56,807 nt of DNA, filler included, from Catajapyx aquilonaris (GCA_000934665.2; 2 parts of 2 records of this genome joined end to end with filler, not necessarily neighbours in it), one strand, 5' to 3'. Positions 1-13,307 are shown, numbered from the whole stretch's first letter. Numbers and translations are program-made. The notes: generated from the letters alone by a model not told the origin.

Positions 1-3000
1 TGCATAATCGCATAGAAATTCAATGCGCTTAATATTGAAGTTCCTAATTTCATAAAACACTAATATGGAGTGGCTCATGGAAAATTAATGGGTGGAAATT
101 TCGTCGTACTACTATTACTTTTAACTATAGGTCTGTAGTTACTGCTAACTTAGCAGTATACCATTGCACTACACTGGTACTGCTAAGTTAGAAGTAGCTA
201 GTAGTACGACAGAAATTCCACAAATTTGTTTTCAGAAAGGAGATTTCATGAGTAGTAAATTGGTAATGGCTTGAGTAAGACCTATGGTACAGCTTAAATC
301 AATTGGTGAAGGTCTTACGTGCGCCTGCCTTGTTTCAGTACCTTCATTCCGCCGCGGAGGTCTTACTTCTCTTTTTTTTTACTGAAGGGAAAGTTTTTGA
401 TCTAATTATAACTAATGAGTAGACCTAATGACTTCTCAAAATGGTAATTTTTATATTAATTCAACATTTGGCACACAACATTAATTTGGTCGAACGAATC
501 GTGACTCTCCGTCAATTCCTGTCGTGTGACATTTTGTTCTTCACATATTCTTAACTGAAGATGTCATTTTGCACAGCTAGGGTAGGGTGTATAGGGTAGT
601 AGTATTTCAATTGCTTTCCAAATATGACATTTCCTCATGGTAGATTGCATGGCACATGACTGTGTAGGTGGAGACTTCCATGTGCAATATCACCAGCTCT
701 CCAACAAGACCAGATGTTGATGAGCTCCTTGTTGGTTCAGTTGGGGGTTCCTGAGATATTCCAGAACTTTCTGATGTATATATTCTGTCACAAACCTTCT
801 CAAGTAAGTTTCTCATAGGGCAATATTAACCAGTGATCTGCATTTTTTGACCTTTTCCATTTTTTAAAACCTAATTCCCAATAACAAAAGGCTTGAAATT
901 ATGAAGTGGCTGAAATGATGTGATTTTTGGCTTGTGACAAATCAGTATTTCGAATCTCGCGTTACGAATATTGTAACTGCTTGACTGAAACTGGTCGGCC
1001 TAGTAGATGATGGCTGCGTATGTGGTGTAACCTGGTGGCCAGCTGGGAAAGCTCATATGTTACATTGCCCATTGTTGGCGGTCATATTCCAAGTTTGCAC
1101 ACTGCGAGGATTTTTGGCTCTTCTTTCGATTACTTTCCAAACCACGTATAGATTTTGTCTTACGCGTAATCCGAAGATACGGACAAGATAATTACATACA
1201 AATAATAACAGCTGTACAGGTATTTACCCGTATTTACCCGTTCAGGGAAAACACTGTGAATGAGTCTGGAACAATTTTACTCGTCTATAGAAGTCCCTAA
1301 ATTAATTTTCAAAAAAAGTCTATAAAACCCGAAATTGGAGTACTGCCGACCAACTGTTAGGCTGATTTAATTATGAAATGCGTGAAAATATGCGGAATAA
1401 CAACCTTGAGAACCATGCCAGACGAATTTGCTGAAATCGTCGTACTTTGCGAGAAATAAATTAATACTTATTCGCAGCTGCCTATAGCCACTGGCGGCTT
1501 GGTGACCTGCAGTTCTGAATCACCTTGTACATTATTTTCCCGATGTTTACAGCGAACTCCTTCTGAAAAGCAAAGCCGACGCGACGCCCTCTGGCAGGCA
1601 CTCCCGGGGAGCCAGGTCCGATTAAAAGCGCCTTATTTAAGAAGGAATTAAGGTTAGGCGTACCGACCGGGTCAGACCTTTTCATCCATAATGATGACCC
1701 GTGATGATGACCGAGTCTAAAGGCTCTGGGAAAGTCAATGGAGGACCGGACAGAGAGTCTCTGAAAGATGAGGACCAGATCCCAGAGGTAGAGGGGAATG
1801 AGAAGAAAATGGCGAAGAAAGGCACCCGAAGAATGATATGAGAAAGAAAAGCCAGCAGTGCACAGAGGAAAAGATATATACCGGTATGTATATTGCTCTG
1901 GGAAATGTCAGGTAAAACAAAGTCATTTTTTTTTTTAAATCAATTTTCATTGTTGCACAATGTGGTGAACCTGGGGTGCGCCAAGAGGCGGTATGTTACA
2001 ATATGAATAATTGTAACACAGGTTCACATACCCCCACAAATTCATCGACAATATAATTTCAGCAATAAATTTCTGACTGACAGACATGGTATTGTTATCT
2101 TGAATTTACTGGCACTAGTACTGCATCAGATCCAAGAAAGTGCAGTGAAACTCCAAAAATATCCTAGGAGAATAGCCTGTGAGATGGTACACATTCTTTA
2201 AAGAAACGGGACAGAGGCTAGGTCAACAACTTTATTTAGTGCCTGGCCATAGGCCCATCGCAGACTTGTATAACAGTGTTCAGTGTAGGGAACCGCCAGA
2301 AAGACGCCGTGACATTATATGCAACAGGATGCATGGGTAAAGGTAGCTTCGCCAAGAAGAATATATTATTCGTCCTACACATAATGAGTTTCGACATGAC
2401 AGATGCTGTAAGTATAACATCTACTGTGTTTCATACCTTCTTCAATAATCTAACTGTATTCTACAATACGGTACATAAAAGCCACGAATTACATATATCT
2501 AAAAAAAATAATCGCAGACACAATAACCTATCTTTTAATACACTCTCTTGGTATGTGGGCTCGTAACCTTCAACTCGGCTCCCAACCCCACATCCAGACA
2601 TAACACTATTAACGTGCCATCTGACCCAAAAATAGTTCCCATGTGTTCTATTTGATTTATCGAGACCTTCTAGTAGCTACTTACAGTGTATTGCTGTAAA
2701 ACTGCTGATTTATGGTGTTATAATAATTGTGAAATGCCTAATAATCAAAATGAACTATCGAGCGCGTCTGACGGACCGTAACGTTTGATAGTAAATAATC
2801 ATAAAACTTATACATGAATATTTAAAAATGCCTCAGTCGCCCACAGCTACTAAGCAGCCTCAAGCCCACTAAAAATGTGTGTCAAAATGCAAACCACAAC
2901 GTAAGCAACCATAAATCCTGTCGTAAGTCACGTAAGGTATTACGCAATTTTCTAAATATTTTTAACTTTCAACTCAAAACTTAATCAATTTTTCCTGAAA

Positions 3001-3539
3001 TTTGGACACATTTTGCCTGATAAAACAACATTCTCTAAATTAATTTTTTTAACAGAACCTATCTGCCTATTTTGTGGTGTAATGTGCAGTGAACATAGTT
3101 ATCGCTATAATATAGATACTGCTTATCTACTCATAGTTTAGGCAGTCATTTTTCTATTGTTTGCCCCACTTACAATGTATCCTAATCACCTCAGCTTACG
3201 CTCACTGCCCCCGAAAACAATGCATAATATTATTTTAATCATTAAAAAATTTCTCTTCCTCCTCCACATATCTAGAAGAAAAAAATAGAGTTCACTCGCT
3301 TCACCCGACCTTAATTTTTGTGTGGTGTGTAGTGTACACTATATAAACCTTGGGATGATCCAAAATAAATATCGCTCCTCCCCATCCGCCCTCTTGCTCC
3401 ACTGTAGGGGGAAGGTGTTGGAAAGAGAAGAAAGAGAATCTAGAAACAGGTCTAAAATTAGTGCCTGTGCAGATTTTTTGGGCGAGTTGCCCACTAAACT
3501 TGAGTCTCACTCTTCTCGATTTGCCACAAGGATCGCCGC

Positions 3540-3640
3540 ACTTTTCTTCCAGCGATTACCTCAATGAGTGCCACCATCTAACAGCTTGGATCCAATAGGG
3601 GCTGATAGATAGGTGCGACTCATGAACGGATATTCCAAAG
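3540..3640 (+). other. Probable upstream (5' UTR) exon of the anoctamin gene; 5' boundary approximate
   Basis: Donor AAG|GTAAAA at 3640/3641. The first coding exon has an acceptor (cacttcag| at 4127) one base before its ATG, which implies an upstream exon. Confidence 0.45.
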
Positions 3641-4128
3641 GTAAAAAAAAAAAAGTGCTATTTATACCATTAATTATCCAGTACATCAGTGAGCTAACAC
3701 ACATTTAAAAACATTGTTATCAATCTGTTATCAATCTACAAACACGCCAAAATCTATTCTTAATCTGTGTTATCACGATATATTGCTTTACAATGGTCAT
3801 AAACGACTCATACCTGTATGCCGTCACTCAACGTCCTTGTTCACTTGGCACTCTCTGCAGTGTGTCACATTTAAAAACTGTAACTGATGGTTACAGCATA
3901 ATCGTAAGTACAGTAATAATTAAAACTGGTGCAAACAGTGATTATGAAACAAGTGACATGAGCCTTGGCATCCTGTGGATTGAGAGTCTAAAATTGTAGC
4001 TAAGTATAGGCAAGAATCAGGACAAGATGTTTCGACACCCGTATTAGTGAGTTGGCATCAGTATTTTGGCAGTACAGTACAGATACACGTATACGTTCGA
4101 CACCGACACACTGATTATACACTTCAGT

Positions 4129-7040
4129 ATGGAACATCTAACCGCAGACGTGTCGGAGGTTCCCGAAGATGAGGTGGATTTGGGGGAAGAGGAAGAAGGA
4201 TCTCCACAATTTCCGCAAACATGTGTGGTACTACGGCTTTCACCTACCATCAGACCAGAAGCACTTCGATGGTTGGTGAACAAAATCAGAGGCCGGAAGA
4301 GAGACGGAGGAGCAGAGTTGTTGGTTCGAAGAGAACCGGCAATAGACAACGACCCTGAACAGGTTAGAGGTTTAGACCAGACTGGTGTAACGGATAATGT
4401 CACCTTACTTTCAGGGTGTGGTTCTTCATGTGACTGCATCTCGAATCAAGTTGCTAGAAGTGGCTGAAGCTCAGGAGTTACGGAAGCGAGACCTTTCTGG
4501 ACGACTGCGGGAGTTCACAGTGGCTGATATGGATTCGTTTCTGCCAGAAGGAGCCCCATTGGATTGTTTACTAGGGTCAGCAGATAGGCAAATGATGGTA
4601 GCTCATGAGCTGGAAAATATGAGAGCCAATGAGCACGAACATCACATACCTGGATATCAAGGAGCGGAACTTTATTCGGGACAGCCTATTCGTGAGTATA
4701 ACTTACATTGTTGATGTCAACTTGTAACAATTTGTGTTTCAGTTCATATGTACATGAAAGAGGAGTTGATACGTGCTATGTACCCACTACATGACGATGA
4801 AATGTTGAAGAAGTTTGCAAGCAAGTGGTACTGGGCATTATTTCAAAGTCAGCCGTTTGGTAAGTGACGTCATTGTTATACCTACAAGTACAAACAATGA
4901 GGTACGGTACTATATTATACTGATTCCTTGCAGAGGATATCAGAGCCTACTTTGGAGAAGCAGTGGCCATGTACTTTAATTTTTTGGGCTTCTACACTGC
5001 TGCTCTGGTCATCCCAACTGTATTAGGACTCTTCTTCTGGCTGGTTGCCCCAGAAACTCCCTACATACTATCCATCTTCTGCGTCATCAACCTCATGTGG
5101 GCCACCATATTCCTGGAGGTGCGACGAAACCTCAGTGTTTCTCAGACGCGTTTTCTCTCTTATTTTTATTGCAGATGTGGAAACGACATTGCAGCGTGGT
5201 GGCCTATGGTTGGGGGACATTGACCTTATCCAAATGGGAGGAACCTAGACCTAATTATCATGGGCCGCAAGGAAAAGATCCTGTTACAGGTCGAATCCAA
5301 CCTATCTACCCATCATGGAAGACTACTGTTAAGGTAAGCTATTGTACTCATTGAAACCTGTCTATAACGGAATAGGCTACGAGTAACTTGGTTATTTGCA
5401 GGTGTATGTTGGATCCATGCCAGTTCTATTAGTTCTGCTTTATTTTAACTTCCGAATCATGATATTTTTCTTGAACATGGAAGAAACCTTGATGGAACAA
5501 AAATCTAGGTCTGGTAGTCAGGTGGCCGGAATTTTGGCATACCTACCAAGCATAGGTTACACAGTTTTTGTACTGGTGGCTAACATGGGATATCAGTGGC
5601 TGGCAGATGTGCTGACAGAATGGGGTACGTCCCAGGCTACATGTGTTGGCTTGTCAAGATCATGCATAAAGAATAGTCTGTTGCAGAAAACCACAAGACG
5701 CAGACAAAATTCGAAAATCATCGGACAGTGAAGCTGGTGGCATTCGAGTTTCTCAACACTTTCATGTCGTTGTTTTACATTGCATTTTACCTGCAAGATA
5801 TGGACCAGCTTAGGAGCGTAAGTTTTGCAATATAATATTACTCTCATTTACTTAAATTTTAATTTACTCGTAGCAACTTCTGACTATGTCCATCGTCCAT
5901 GCGTCTATCAACCAATTCGCTGAAGCTGTCCTTCCTTGTGTGCTGAGGGATGCTTACAATAAGGTATCTCTTAATCAATATTTATAAATATTCTGCAGAA
6001 GGGCCCACAAAGCCTTGCAGGTTAATGAAACGTATTATTATTTATTATTATTATATTTATAAATATTTAAATACACACTATCACATACCAAATATTTTAG
6101 GTTGATGAAGTGATCAGACATTATACTTCAAGACTGATTGAGCAAAAACCAACTCTCGGAAAGTGCCATGCAGAGTTGATCGATGGTAGTTACAGTTATT
6201 TGGATTTAGAAATGTTGGACAAGGATGACCCCAGGATTCAGGTGGCTCGAAAGGAAGCTGACAAAGAACCATATTTGGTAAGCAAATTTACTATCTGGTG
6301 GTCCATTGTGGCTGGGTCAAGTATAGATAATTAAGTAACATTATTTTCAGAGTACTTACGACGACTTCTTAGAACTGTTTCTTCAGTTTGGATACGTGTT
6401 CCTGTTCTCTGCAGTTTCTCCCCTGGCGTCTCTATTGGCGTTAGCTAACAATGTGTTGGAGATACGCGCAGATGCGTACAAACTATGTTGTGTGTTTCAA
6501 CGACCCATACCAAAGCGTGTGAAAAATATTGGAGCCTGGCAGGTATGGTGTAGTACATACAATTATATTTCATATCACTTTTTATGATTATTCCAATATA
6601 GAGAGCCTTTGAAGCCATGGGATTTCTGGCAGTGGTGACAAACAGTGCCCTTCTGTTTGTGTCACCACAAATGAGATCATTGGCAGTGGGTCTGAGCGAT
6701 GTTCATTGGCTGCTTCTCTTCGTGGTGGTGGAACATGCTCTGCTGTTCACTATCACTGCTCTGCACATCCTCATCCCTGATGTTCCAAAAGCAGTAGCAG
6801 ATGCACTCAAAAGGACAGAATATCTGTCCCATCTAGCACTCAGGCGAGAGGTATTTATCCATTGTAGTGTAAAATGTGGTCAAATAATACCACCACTTGT
6901 TTTCACAGCAATCCAGTAACACTCGACGCCAGCTATCTCGAAGATTCAAGTCAATCCATGTCCCGAGAATGCGTAACAAGACTGAAGATGTCCTCAAGCA
7001 TCGTTCTGTACATGTTAGCGGAAGGCCTAATTTGCATTAG
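4129..7040 (+). CDS. ANO10: Anoctamin-10/TMEM16K-like Ca2+-activated lipid scramblase/channel (Axs-like), 12 coding exons, ~721 aa
   Basis: Hand-spliced GT-AG model with consistent phases: 4129-4362, 4415-4691, 4743-4859, 4934-5118, 5175-5333, 5402-5624, 5687-5817, 5874-5963, 6101-6277, 6351-6542, 6602-6850, 6909-7040 (2166 nt, ends TAG). Anoctamin motifs: [101 protein letters not shown]. The short loop after YIAF ([11 protein letters not shown]) fits the ANO8/ANO10 clade, and the length favours ANO10. Confidence 0.93.
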
Positions 7041-8080
7041 AATGCTGATAGAACACCAATAGAATGTAACTCGAAAAAAGGCACATGTCCGTGGTTGGGA
7101 TATGGCGAATATTCTGACAGAGAGACTTTATTTCTGAAGACCAGATATGGTTTTGCAGTAGACTAGCGGTATCCACTTAAGAATGTAAAACTTTTTTATG
7201 TGAACACCAGTGTTTCGCCCCCAACTGATGTGCCCTTTGGCGAGTGGTTTTCTCACTTTGAATATCTAGAGAGTACCTTAACATACATAGTATACTAGGA
7301 AGCTATAAAAAGTTGGCTTCTGTACTTATGGCTTTCTGAATTTATTTCATTACTCTTATTCGTATTATGGTCTGGCAATGGATAAGTGGCATTCTCGTAA
7401 ATATTATTGTTGTTTTCAAAATATCGTGCGTTTTATTTGGTGGAAAGGCAATTGGCTGATTTTTCCCAGCAGGTAATCAAGATGTATAATATGACCCACA
7501 TGCCTAACTGTAAAGAGCATAATCATAGAGCTCAGTTAGGTGCTGATATATGAGAGCCATCCACAAAGATTTAAGCCCAACCATGAATGAGTGGAAGTCT
7601 TTGGGACGGAGGTCTAACAATTTTGTATTACAGGACTGGAGAAGTAGGTAAATGGTGGATAAGGTGCGGCAACATTTTAAGGGCACTGTTGGAACAAAAA
7701 ATATTTGCTATTGTGTAGCTCCTCTCTCTTAGTTTACAGACAGGCTTAGAACTTTGTGAATGTCTCTAACACATGGCAAGATGAAAATAAATCATATGCA
7801 CTTGCTAACATGATAGAACTGCAATATAAAATCCATTCAATTGTATTCAATAATGAAAGCAGTTTTATTAAAGCCCATGTACTTGTACATGTCACAATAC
7901 ATAATGTGCTTCCAGGCAACACAAAAATCTTAAGACATCGCAATCAAAATGAACAATACGGTATCTTCTTCCAGATGTGTCAAATTTTTCATACAAATTG
8001 TCAGGTGATTTAACCATCATCTACTAGAAACCTAAAAAGCATATTCCCTAAACAATTAGTCTTCACATGGTTATTATGTA

Positions 8081-8267
8081 CACCTGCGAGCGTAAAGATG
8101 GAGACGGCAGGCCCTCACCTTCGGCAGGCTGCTCTGCCAATCTCAGCTATTACGGTATCAAATATACTGTCATAAATACACGAACACACGCCTGAAGCAG
8201 CTAACTTGGTCCAAAAAGAGTTCATTAATTTGAGGGCCTGCCGTCTCCATCTTTATGCTCGCGGGGG
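8081..8267. mobile_element. Tc1/mariner-type MITE nested in the BEL fossil
   Basis: ~37-bp terminal inverted repeats CACCTGCGAGCGTAAAGATGGAGACGGCAGGCCCTCA / TGAGGGCCTGCCGTCTCCATCTTTATGCTCGCGGGGG, flanked by TA on both sides. Confidence 0.75.
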
Positions 8268-8525
8268 TACCTTGGTGTTACATCACATGCACTTCTGCTC
8301 ATGAACTGTTTTTGGCTTGAACTGTGCTCTGTTGATCAGATGGAATTAAGCTTGGAATGTTTTATGAAATGCTTATCACATATCACCCAGCATTAAAACT
8401 GAAAAACAAGTAAAACAATGACCACATTACAAGTATATCCCAACGTCTATTACATGAGAAATTAATGCAACTGCTGAGATAAATCTAAAACAATCCCCAT
8501 ATGACTATGCCAGACGCAAAAATTT

Positions 8526-8593
8526 TGGTGCCAGGGCTCGAACCTGGGTCTCCTGGCATGGGCCAGGTGTCTTCACCACTAGACCACACCAGC
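8526..8593 (-). pseudogene. tRNA-derived sequence (SINE head or tRNA pseudogene), copy 1
   Basis: Minus strand reads GCTGGTG TGGTCTAGTGG (A box) ... GGTTCGAGCCC (B box) ... CACCA. Anticodon arm CCTGG-6 nt-CCAGG; a 6-nt loop argues against a functional tRNA. Confidence 0.6.
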
Positions 8594-8761
8594 GACATTT
8601 ACGAATGGCTCAAGAAGACATTAGTTTTCTCAGCTGCAACATTAAAGCAATTTAATGGAAACATATATCATGCACAACACACAACACAACAGTAACAAAA
8701 CTCACATAGCATATGATATAACAAAAGGCAATTAATTAGAAAACCAATCGTAAAAGTTCCA

Positions 8762-8827
8762 GTGCCAGGAATTGAACCTGGCCCTCCTGACCATAGTCAG
8801 GTGTCCTCGCCACTAGACCACACCAGC
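8762..8827 (-). pseudogene. tRNA-derived sequence (SINE head or tRNA pseudogene), copy 2
   Basis: Same GCTGGTGTGGTCTAGTGG head, GGTTCAATTCC B box, CCTGA-6 nt-TCAGG arm; homologous to 8526-8593. Confidence 0.6.
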
Positions 8828-11800
8828 CAAATTTACGAATGGCATTTCGTTGGTAAACAATATATTTCCTTAGCATCATCTCTCCTAATGAGGGTACCAC
8901 AGTGACACACTTAATACCAACAGTGTTATTACCCAAACAGAAATGACATCATCCTAGGTTCTACACGGTATACCTTATTCCAATGCCACTTGAAATGCAG
9001 GTCACAACACTGTTGACAGTAAGTGGATAGTGCTTTAAAACTCATTTTAAAGTGCCACCAAATAAACCTGCCTTGCAACACTAATTCACACTGCCACCCC
9101 TACATGTGTCATGATGTTGGTAAGGGAAAGCTACCTCTTCAGGTATTCAGTATTACTGAAAAAGCAGTACAGAGTCTGTTGGGTTGTCTTTGTAATTTTT
9201 GGTCAGATTTGTACAATTTTTTCACTAGGCAATAATGCATGGGTGTAAGCATAATAGTTTGTTCATGATGCATGCATTTGCACTTCATAGCTTTACGTGA
9301 GTAGCTTGCTTTGAATCAAATCAATCCTCGAGTCACAAAAAATTCCCCTGGCAACTAAATAATAATCAAGGAGTCAAAATTTCCCTCTTTGCTACTGAAA
9401 AATACTACTTCTGTCAACCACTATACCATGAACACATTTTGTCACAACCTTGCCTGTGTACAGGAAGACAACGTTCTATCCCATGCCTGTCAATGTAACC
9501 AGTCTTTTAATGCGATAATGATCATAGATGAAAATGAAACATATATGGCATGATCCACAAAGGTGCACCCTCAAAGCATCCTAATGGTGTGTTAGCTGCC
9601 TCAACACATATACAAATTCACTAATGTGCAGCATACCACTGACTATGTCCGACACCAACTGCCACATGAAACTTGCATTAATAGGCTCACTGCATCTGCC
9701 ACTCTTAATGCAGACAATGCAAGAATCTATCAATCACATGGTTTCATGTTAGTTTCCAATTGAACCATAGATGGTGTTCATTTTGTTATATCTGACATGC
9801 CTCTTGCTGCACCTGCAGGTGTGACTGCTCCTGAAGTTATGAACATGGGAGGCACAGTGAGCCTAGATCTGGTCTCAGTGGGCCATCAATATGAAGACTG
9901 CATTATTAGCCCAATCGACACAACATGCCTTACTTTTCTTAGAATTAACCTCATGCAAATGAGCACATTGTCATCCCAGAGTCCATTAACATGCAAAACA
10001 ACAACATGAAGGCTATGCTGCTGGTGGTCTAGGCTCTAGGGTAATCATGTTACTCCCGATCTCTTCTGGCAAGCTGCTATTCATGTTGCACTGTGTGTTA
10101 AACCTTGCTTGGAAACTGGACCTACATGTATGCTCTTGGGAACTGAACTGACTGCATCACTAAATGAATTTTAATTTTTGTTGTTGAACCTGTTATGAAA
10201 TCAATTTTTAATTTCTTCTGACAGGCCAAGCTTTTGACAAAGACAGTCTGGCGTTTCAGTTGAAGGCTCTGATTGCTCTGTGAAAATGCTTCAATGAGAA
10301 CATGAACCTATGAAGGACTAAAAGTGGTTCTCTTATGCCATTTTTCAAATAATTCATCTTGAGTTAAATTTTGTGCTTCATTTTCCTGCCCTCTCCTGCT
10401 CCTATTCTTGTCCTTATCATCCCTGCTTGATTCAGGCTGACTATTCTCTAAAAAGTTGTTCCCAGACCACAACCATGTGACATCACAATTTTTTCCCTTG
10501 TCACCTCAGCATCAACAGAAGTATCAATTATTGGAACTACTTCTGGCAGCTACTCTCTCACTGGAAGTATGACCCGTACCCTTTGAATACAGTTTAGTAC
10601 CACTATTGACAAGCTTTACATTAACCAATTTGTTCCCAGAGTCCTATATACTGTATACGACGGTTGGGGAAAAAATTATTTCTTGAAGTTGTGCATATAC
10701 ATCATAGAATAAGCAAGCTGAACCACTTCATGAAAGTCTAATCTAGTGGGAGAATGCAGATACATCACATCTCACTGATTGCATCAACCCCAATTACAAG
10801 TTGAATTTTGGAAAATTTGCTAATTTCAGAACTGGCGCGATTGAGTAACTATTTCCTTGACTTATAAATACTTCTATAGCTTTGAAAAATAAATACAGTG
10901 TACGACTGTTGCAAGAAAGGTTGTGGGAAGCTACCACAAAATATTTACATTGTTGGCCTTCATGAGTGGCGAGTGGCAGCAAGGGAAACAATGGTGTCCT
11001 ACAATCCACTAATACTTAAAGATAGCCTTTAAAGTAACTGCTTAAATGATGTAGATTAGTGCCAACAACAGCCACAGAAATTGGAGAAGTATTTTAGATC
11101 ACCGTATAGCCATAGTGTAACATTGTGCAACTTGGGTCCCATACTTTCCAAGATGAAAAAATAGAAAGGCCTTCGAAAAATGTATGAAACTCGATATAAT
11201 GGGCTGAAACACCTGAATTTTTGGGTTCTAATAGGATTCCATCATTGCTACCAGCACTGCACCATTCAATGTGAGAATAACTGCCACATTTCATTGCATG
11301 TAAAGTGAAGCAATGAGTGGAAAAAAAATTATACGGATTGTCCTAGCATTCTATATAGGGCACCTTGCAACTTCTGTTGTAATTAAAATCCAGATCTTCC
11401 CCACATAAATCAGATTCAGCATCTGCTTTGCTATTACTCTTCTCACCTGCGGAACAATTGTACCATCTTCTTCCGCATCTTCTAGAAGTCCTCTGGAAAG
11501 GCATTGCTGCTCCCAGGAGCAAGCGATCATCGGGGCACACCAAGGTCACATTCAAGCATCTTCGTTCCTCCCGCAACTCCGCCAATTGCAGAGGCAGGTT
11601 CCACAACTTCAGCGCCATCGTTACTCTCCAAATGTTGAAACCTGCAAAAGAATGATTTATCACTAGATGCTCTAACATGCTCAGTCAGCAATGATGGTAC
11701 ATGAGTCATTGTAAATGTGACTTACACTACTTGTTCCATATAATGTTTTCTCGCTGTCTAAACATCAGATTATTATTTAAAGGACCAGACACCAATATTT

Positions 11801-12434
11801 TTCTGTCACTACCTCAGACTATTAATACCAGTTGACAACTGTGCCGACAACTGCATGCCATTGATCACATATGAGCAATGAAGGTCATAGCCTTGTAAAC
11901 CGTACAATGTCGTGATTCGTTTACCTAGCACTGCAAAAACTGCATTCCAAGTACTCAGGTAAAGCAATGAAGGTAACATCACCAACATGTTAAGTTCCAC
12001 GTGAAGTTTACATCCCAGTCCAGTCGCCATATTGACTAGTCCTCGAAATATAACAAAATTCAAATTACATCAAATGGTTCATGACATACGTTTGGTATAC
12101 ACTGTATGCAAATAAGTAATTTATATGAGGTTACATAAAAATAACAGGAACAGGCAACAGTCATTGACAAAAAAAAAAAGTTTTATTTCCAACCCCCAGA
12201 TATTTCCCATGTTACCGTACAACTAAATCAATACCGTATTGTGTTTGGATCAGCATCATTAAAGATGTCTAAGAAATTGGGGGTAAAATTGTAAAATCGC
12301 CAGGTAAATAATTTTACTTTATTTTAAATTAATAAAAAAACATTAGGTTGTGTCAGCTAGAACACAAGCCGCAGCTTTTGACGTGAATACGTCTTTAAAA
12401 TCGGATCAGTATTGGGGGGAGTGAATTGATTGCT

Positions 12435-12795
12435 TCTTTTATATTATTATTATTTTTTACGTTACCCCGTGATAAGGCTTAGCCTTTTTAAGGGGGGTGG
12501 GATACCACCATTTTCTCTCCGTTTAACTTCATACACCGGTGCAAGGAGTCTATATAGGATGTATAGGGTAGGGGTAGGGATTTTGCGGGGAGGGAACATT
12601 GGTGCAAGTGCAATGTCGGTAAAGGGGTCATGTGCTGTCCCCCCAGGAGGTTAGGTTGCCAGCTAGACACCTCCTTGGTGCAGGTGAGAGACCCTCCTGA
12701 CGCAGGTGAAAGGAAAGTTCCCCAGGCGGGGATCGAACCTGGGGCCTTTCACTCAGCAAGCCGTGACGTTACCATCACGGCCACCACACCTCCCC
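12435..12795 (-). mobile_element. tRNA-derived SINE, family A
   Basis: Head GGGGAGG.. TGGCCGTGATGG (A box), GGTTCGATCCC (B box), A/TAA-rich tail, target-site duplication TGATTGCT (12427-12434 / 12796-12803). Homologous along its length to 53163-53518. Confidence 0.85.
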
Positions 12796-12883
12796 TGATT
12801 GCTGATATTATCAGTATTGAAGTCTGGACACATTCACGGTGACACTCCTAAAAATTTCCCTACATGCCCCCCCCCCCCCCCCC

Positions 12884-13176
12884 NNNNNNNNNNNNNNNNN
12901 NNNNNNNNNNNNNNNNNNNNNNNNNNNNNNNNNNNNNNNNNNNNNNNNNNNNNNNNNNNNNNNNNNNNNNNNNNNNNNNNNNNNNNNNNNNNNNNNNNNN
13001 NNNNNNNNNNNNNNNNNNNNNNNNNNNNNNNNNNNNNNNNNNNNNNNNNNNNNNNNNNNNNNNNNNNNNNNNNNNNNNNNNNNNNNNNNNNNNNNNNNNN
13101 NNNNNNNNNNNNNNNNNNNNNNNNNNNNNNNNNNNNNNNNNNNNNNNNNNNNNNNNNNNNNNNNNNNNNNNNNNNG
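12884..13176. other. Assembly gap (293 N) flanked by poly-C and poly-G runs
   Basis: Run of N in the sequence. Confidence 0.99.
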
Positions 13177-13307
13177 GGGGGGGGGGGGGGAGCCTACGTA
13201 TAGATCCGGACTTACGTATTTGTTATGAAAAAAAAGAGAGAACGCAATATGTCACCGTCAATCATCTATTATATGCAATAAGAATCTAACAAGCAATAAG
13301 CAAAATA

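Larger units (their letters stand above)
7500..12100 (-). mobile_element. Highly degenerate BEL/Pao LTR retrotransposon gag-pol fossil (boundaries approximate, LTRs not recognised)
   Basis: Broken-frame motifs in BEL/Pao order on the minus strand: DUF1759-like start (~11.9-12.0 kb); Cys cluster FC..H / LREERRCLN / RCGRR (~11.45-11.66 kb); KIQLVIGVD (~10.8 kb); RT STTKIKI..DA then IHVGP (~10.12-10.19 kb); integrase THVGV..ISVARQVY...CQQC (~9.0-9.1 kb); TVGI/HCG (~8.9 kb); IPSDQ (~8.34 kb); IWKKIP (~7.96 kb); KLLSLLNTIEWIL (~7.84 kb); SLWMALIYQHLTEL (~7.55 kb). Confidence 0.62.

Noticed and set aside
607..816. 69-aa minus-strand ORF as an exon of a divergent gene
   Set aside because: No recognisable motif and no phase-compatible neighbouring exons.
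9023..9520. Plus-strand GKGK and Cys-rich fragments suggesting an Academ transposase
   Set aside because: Better explained as the antisense of the colinear BEL/Pao motifs; no TGCD or LPPT motifs were found.
12799..13289. Three ORFs of 129-141 aa
   Set aside because: They consist mostly of X from the N gap plus homopolymer-derived Pro/Gly.
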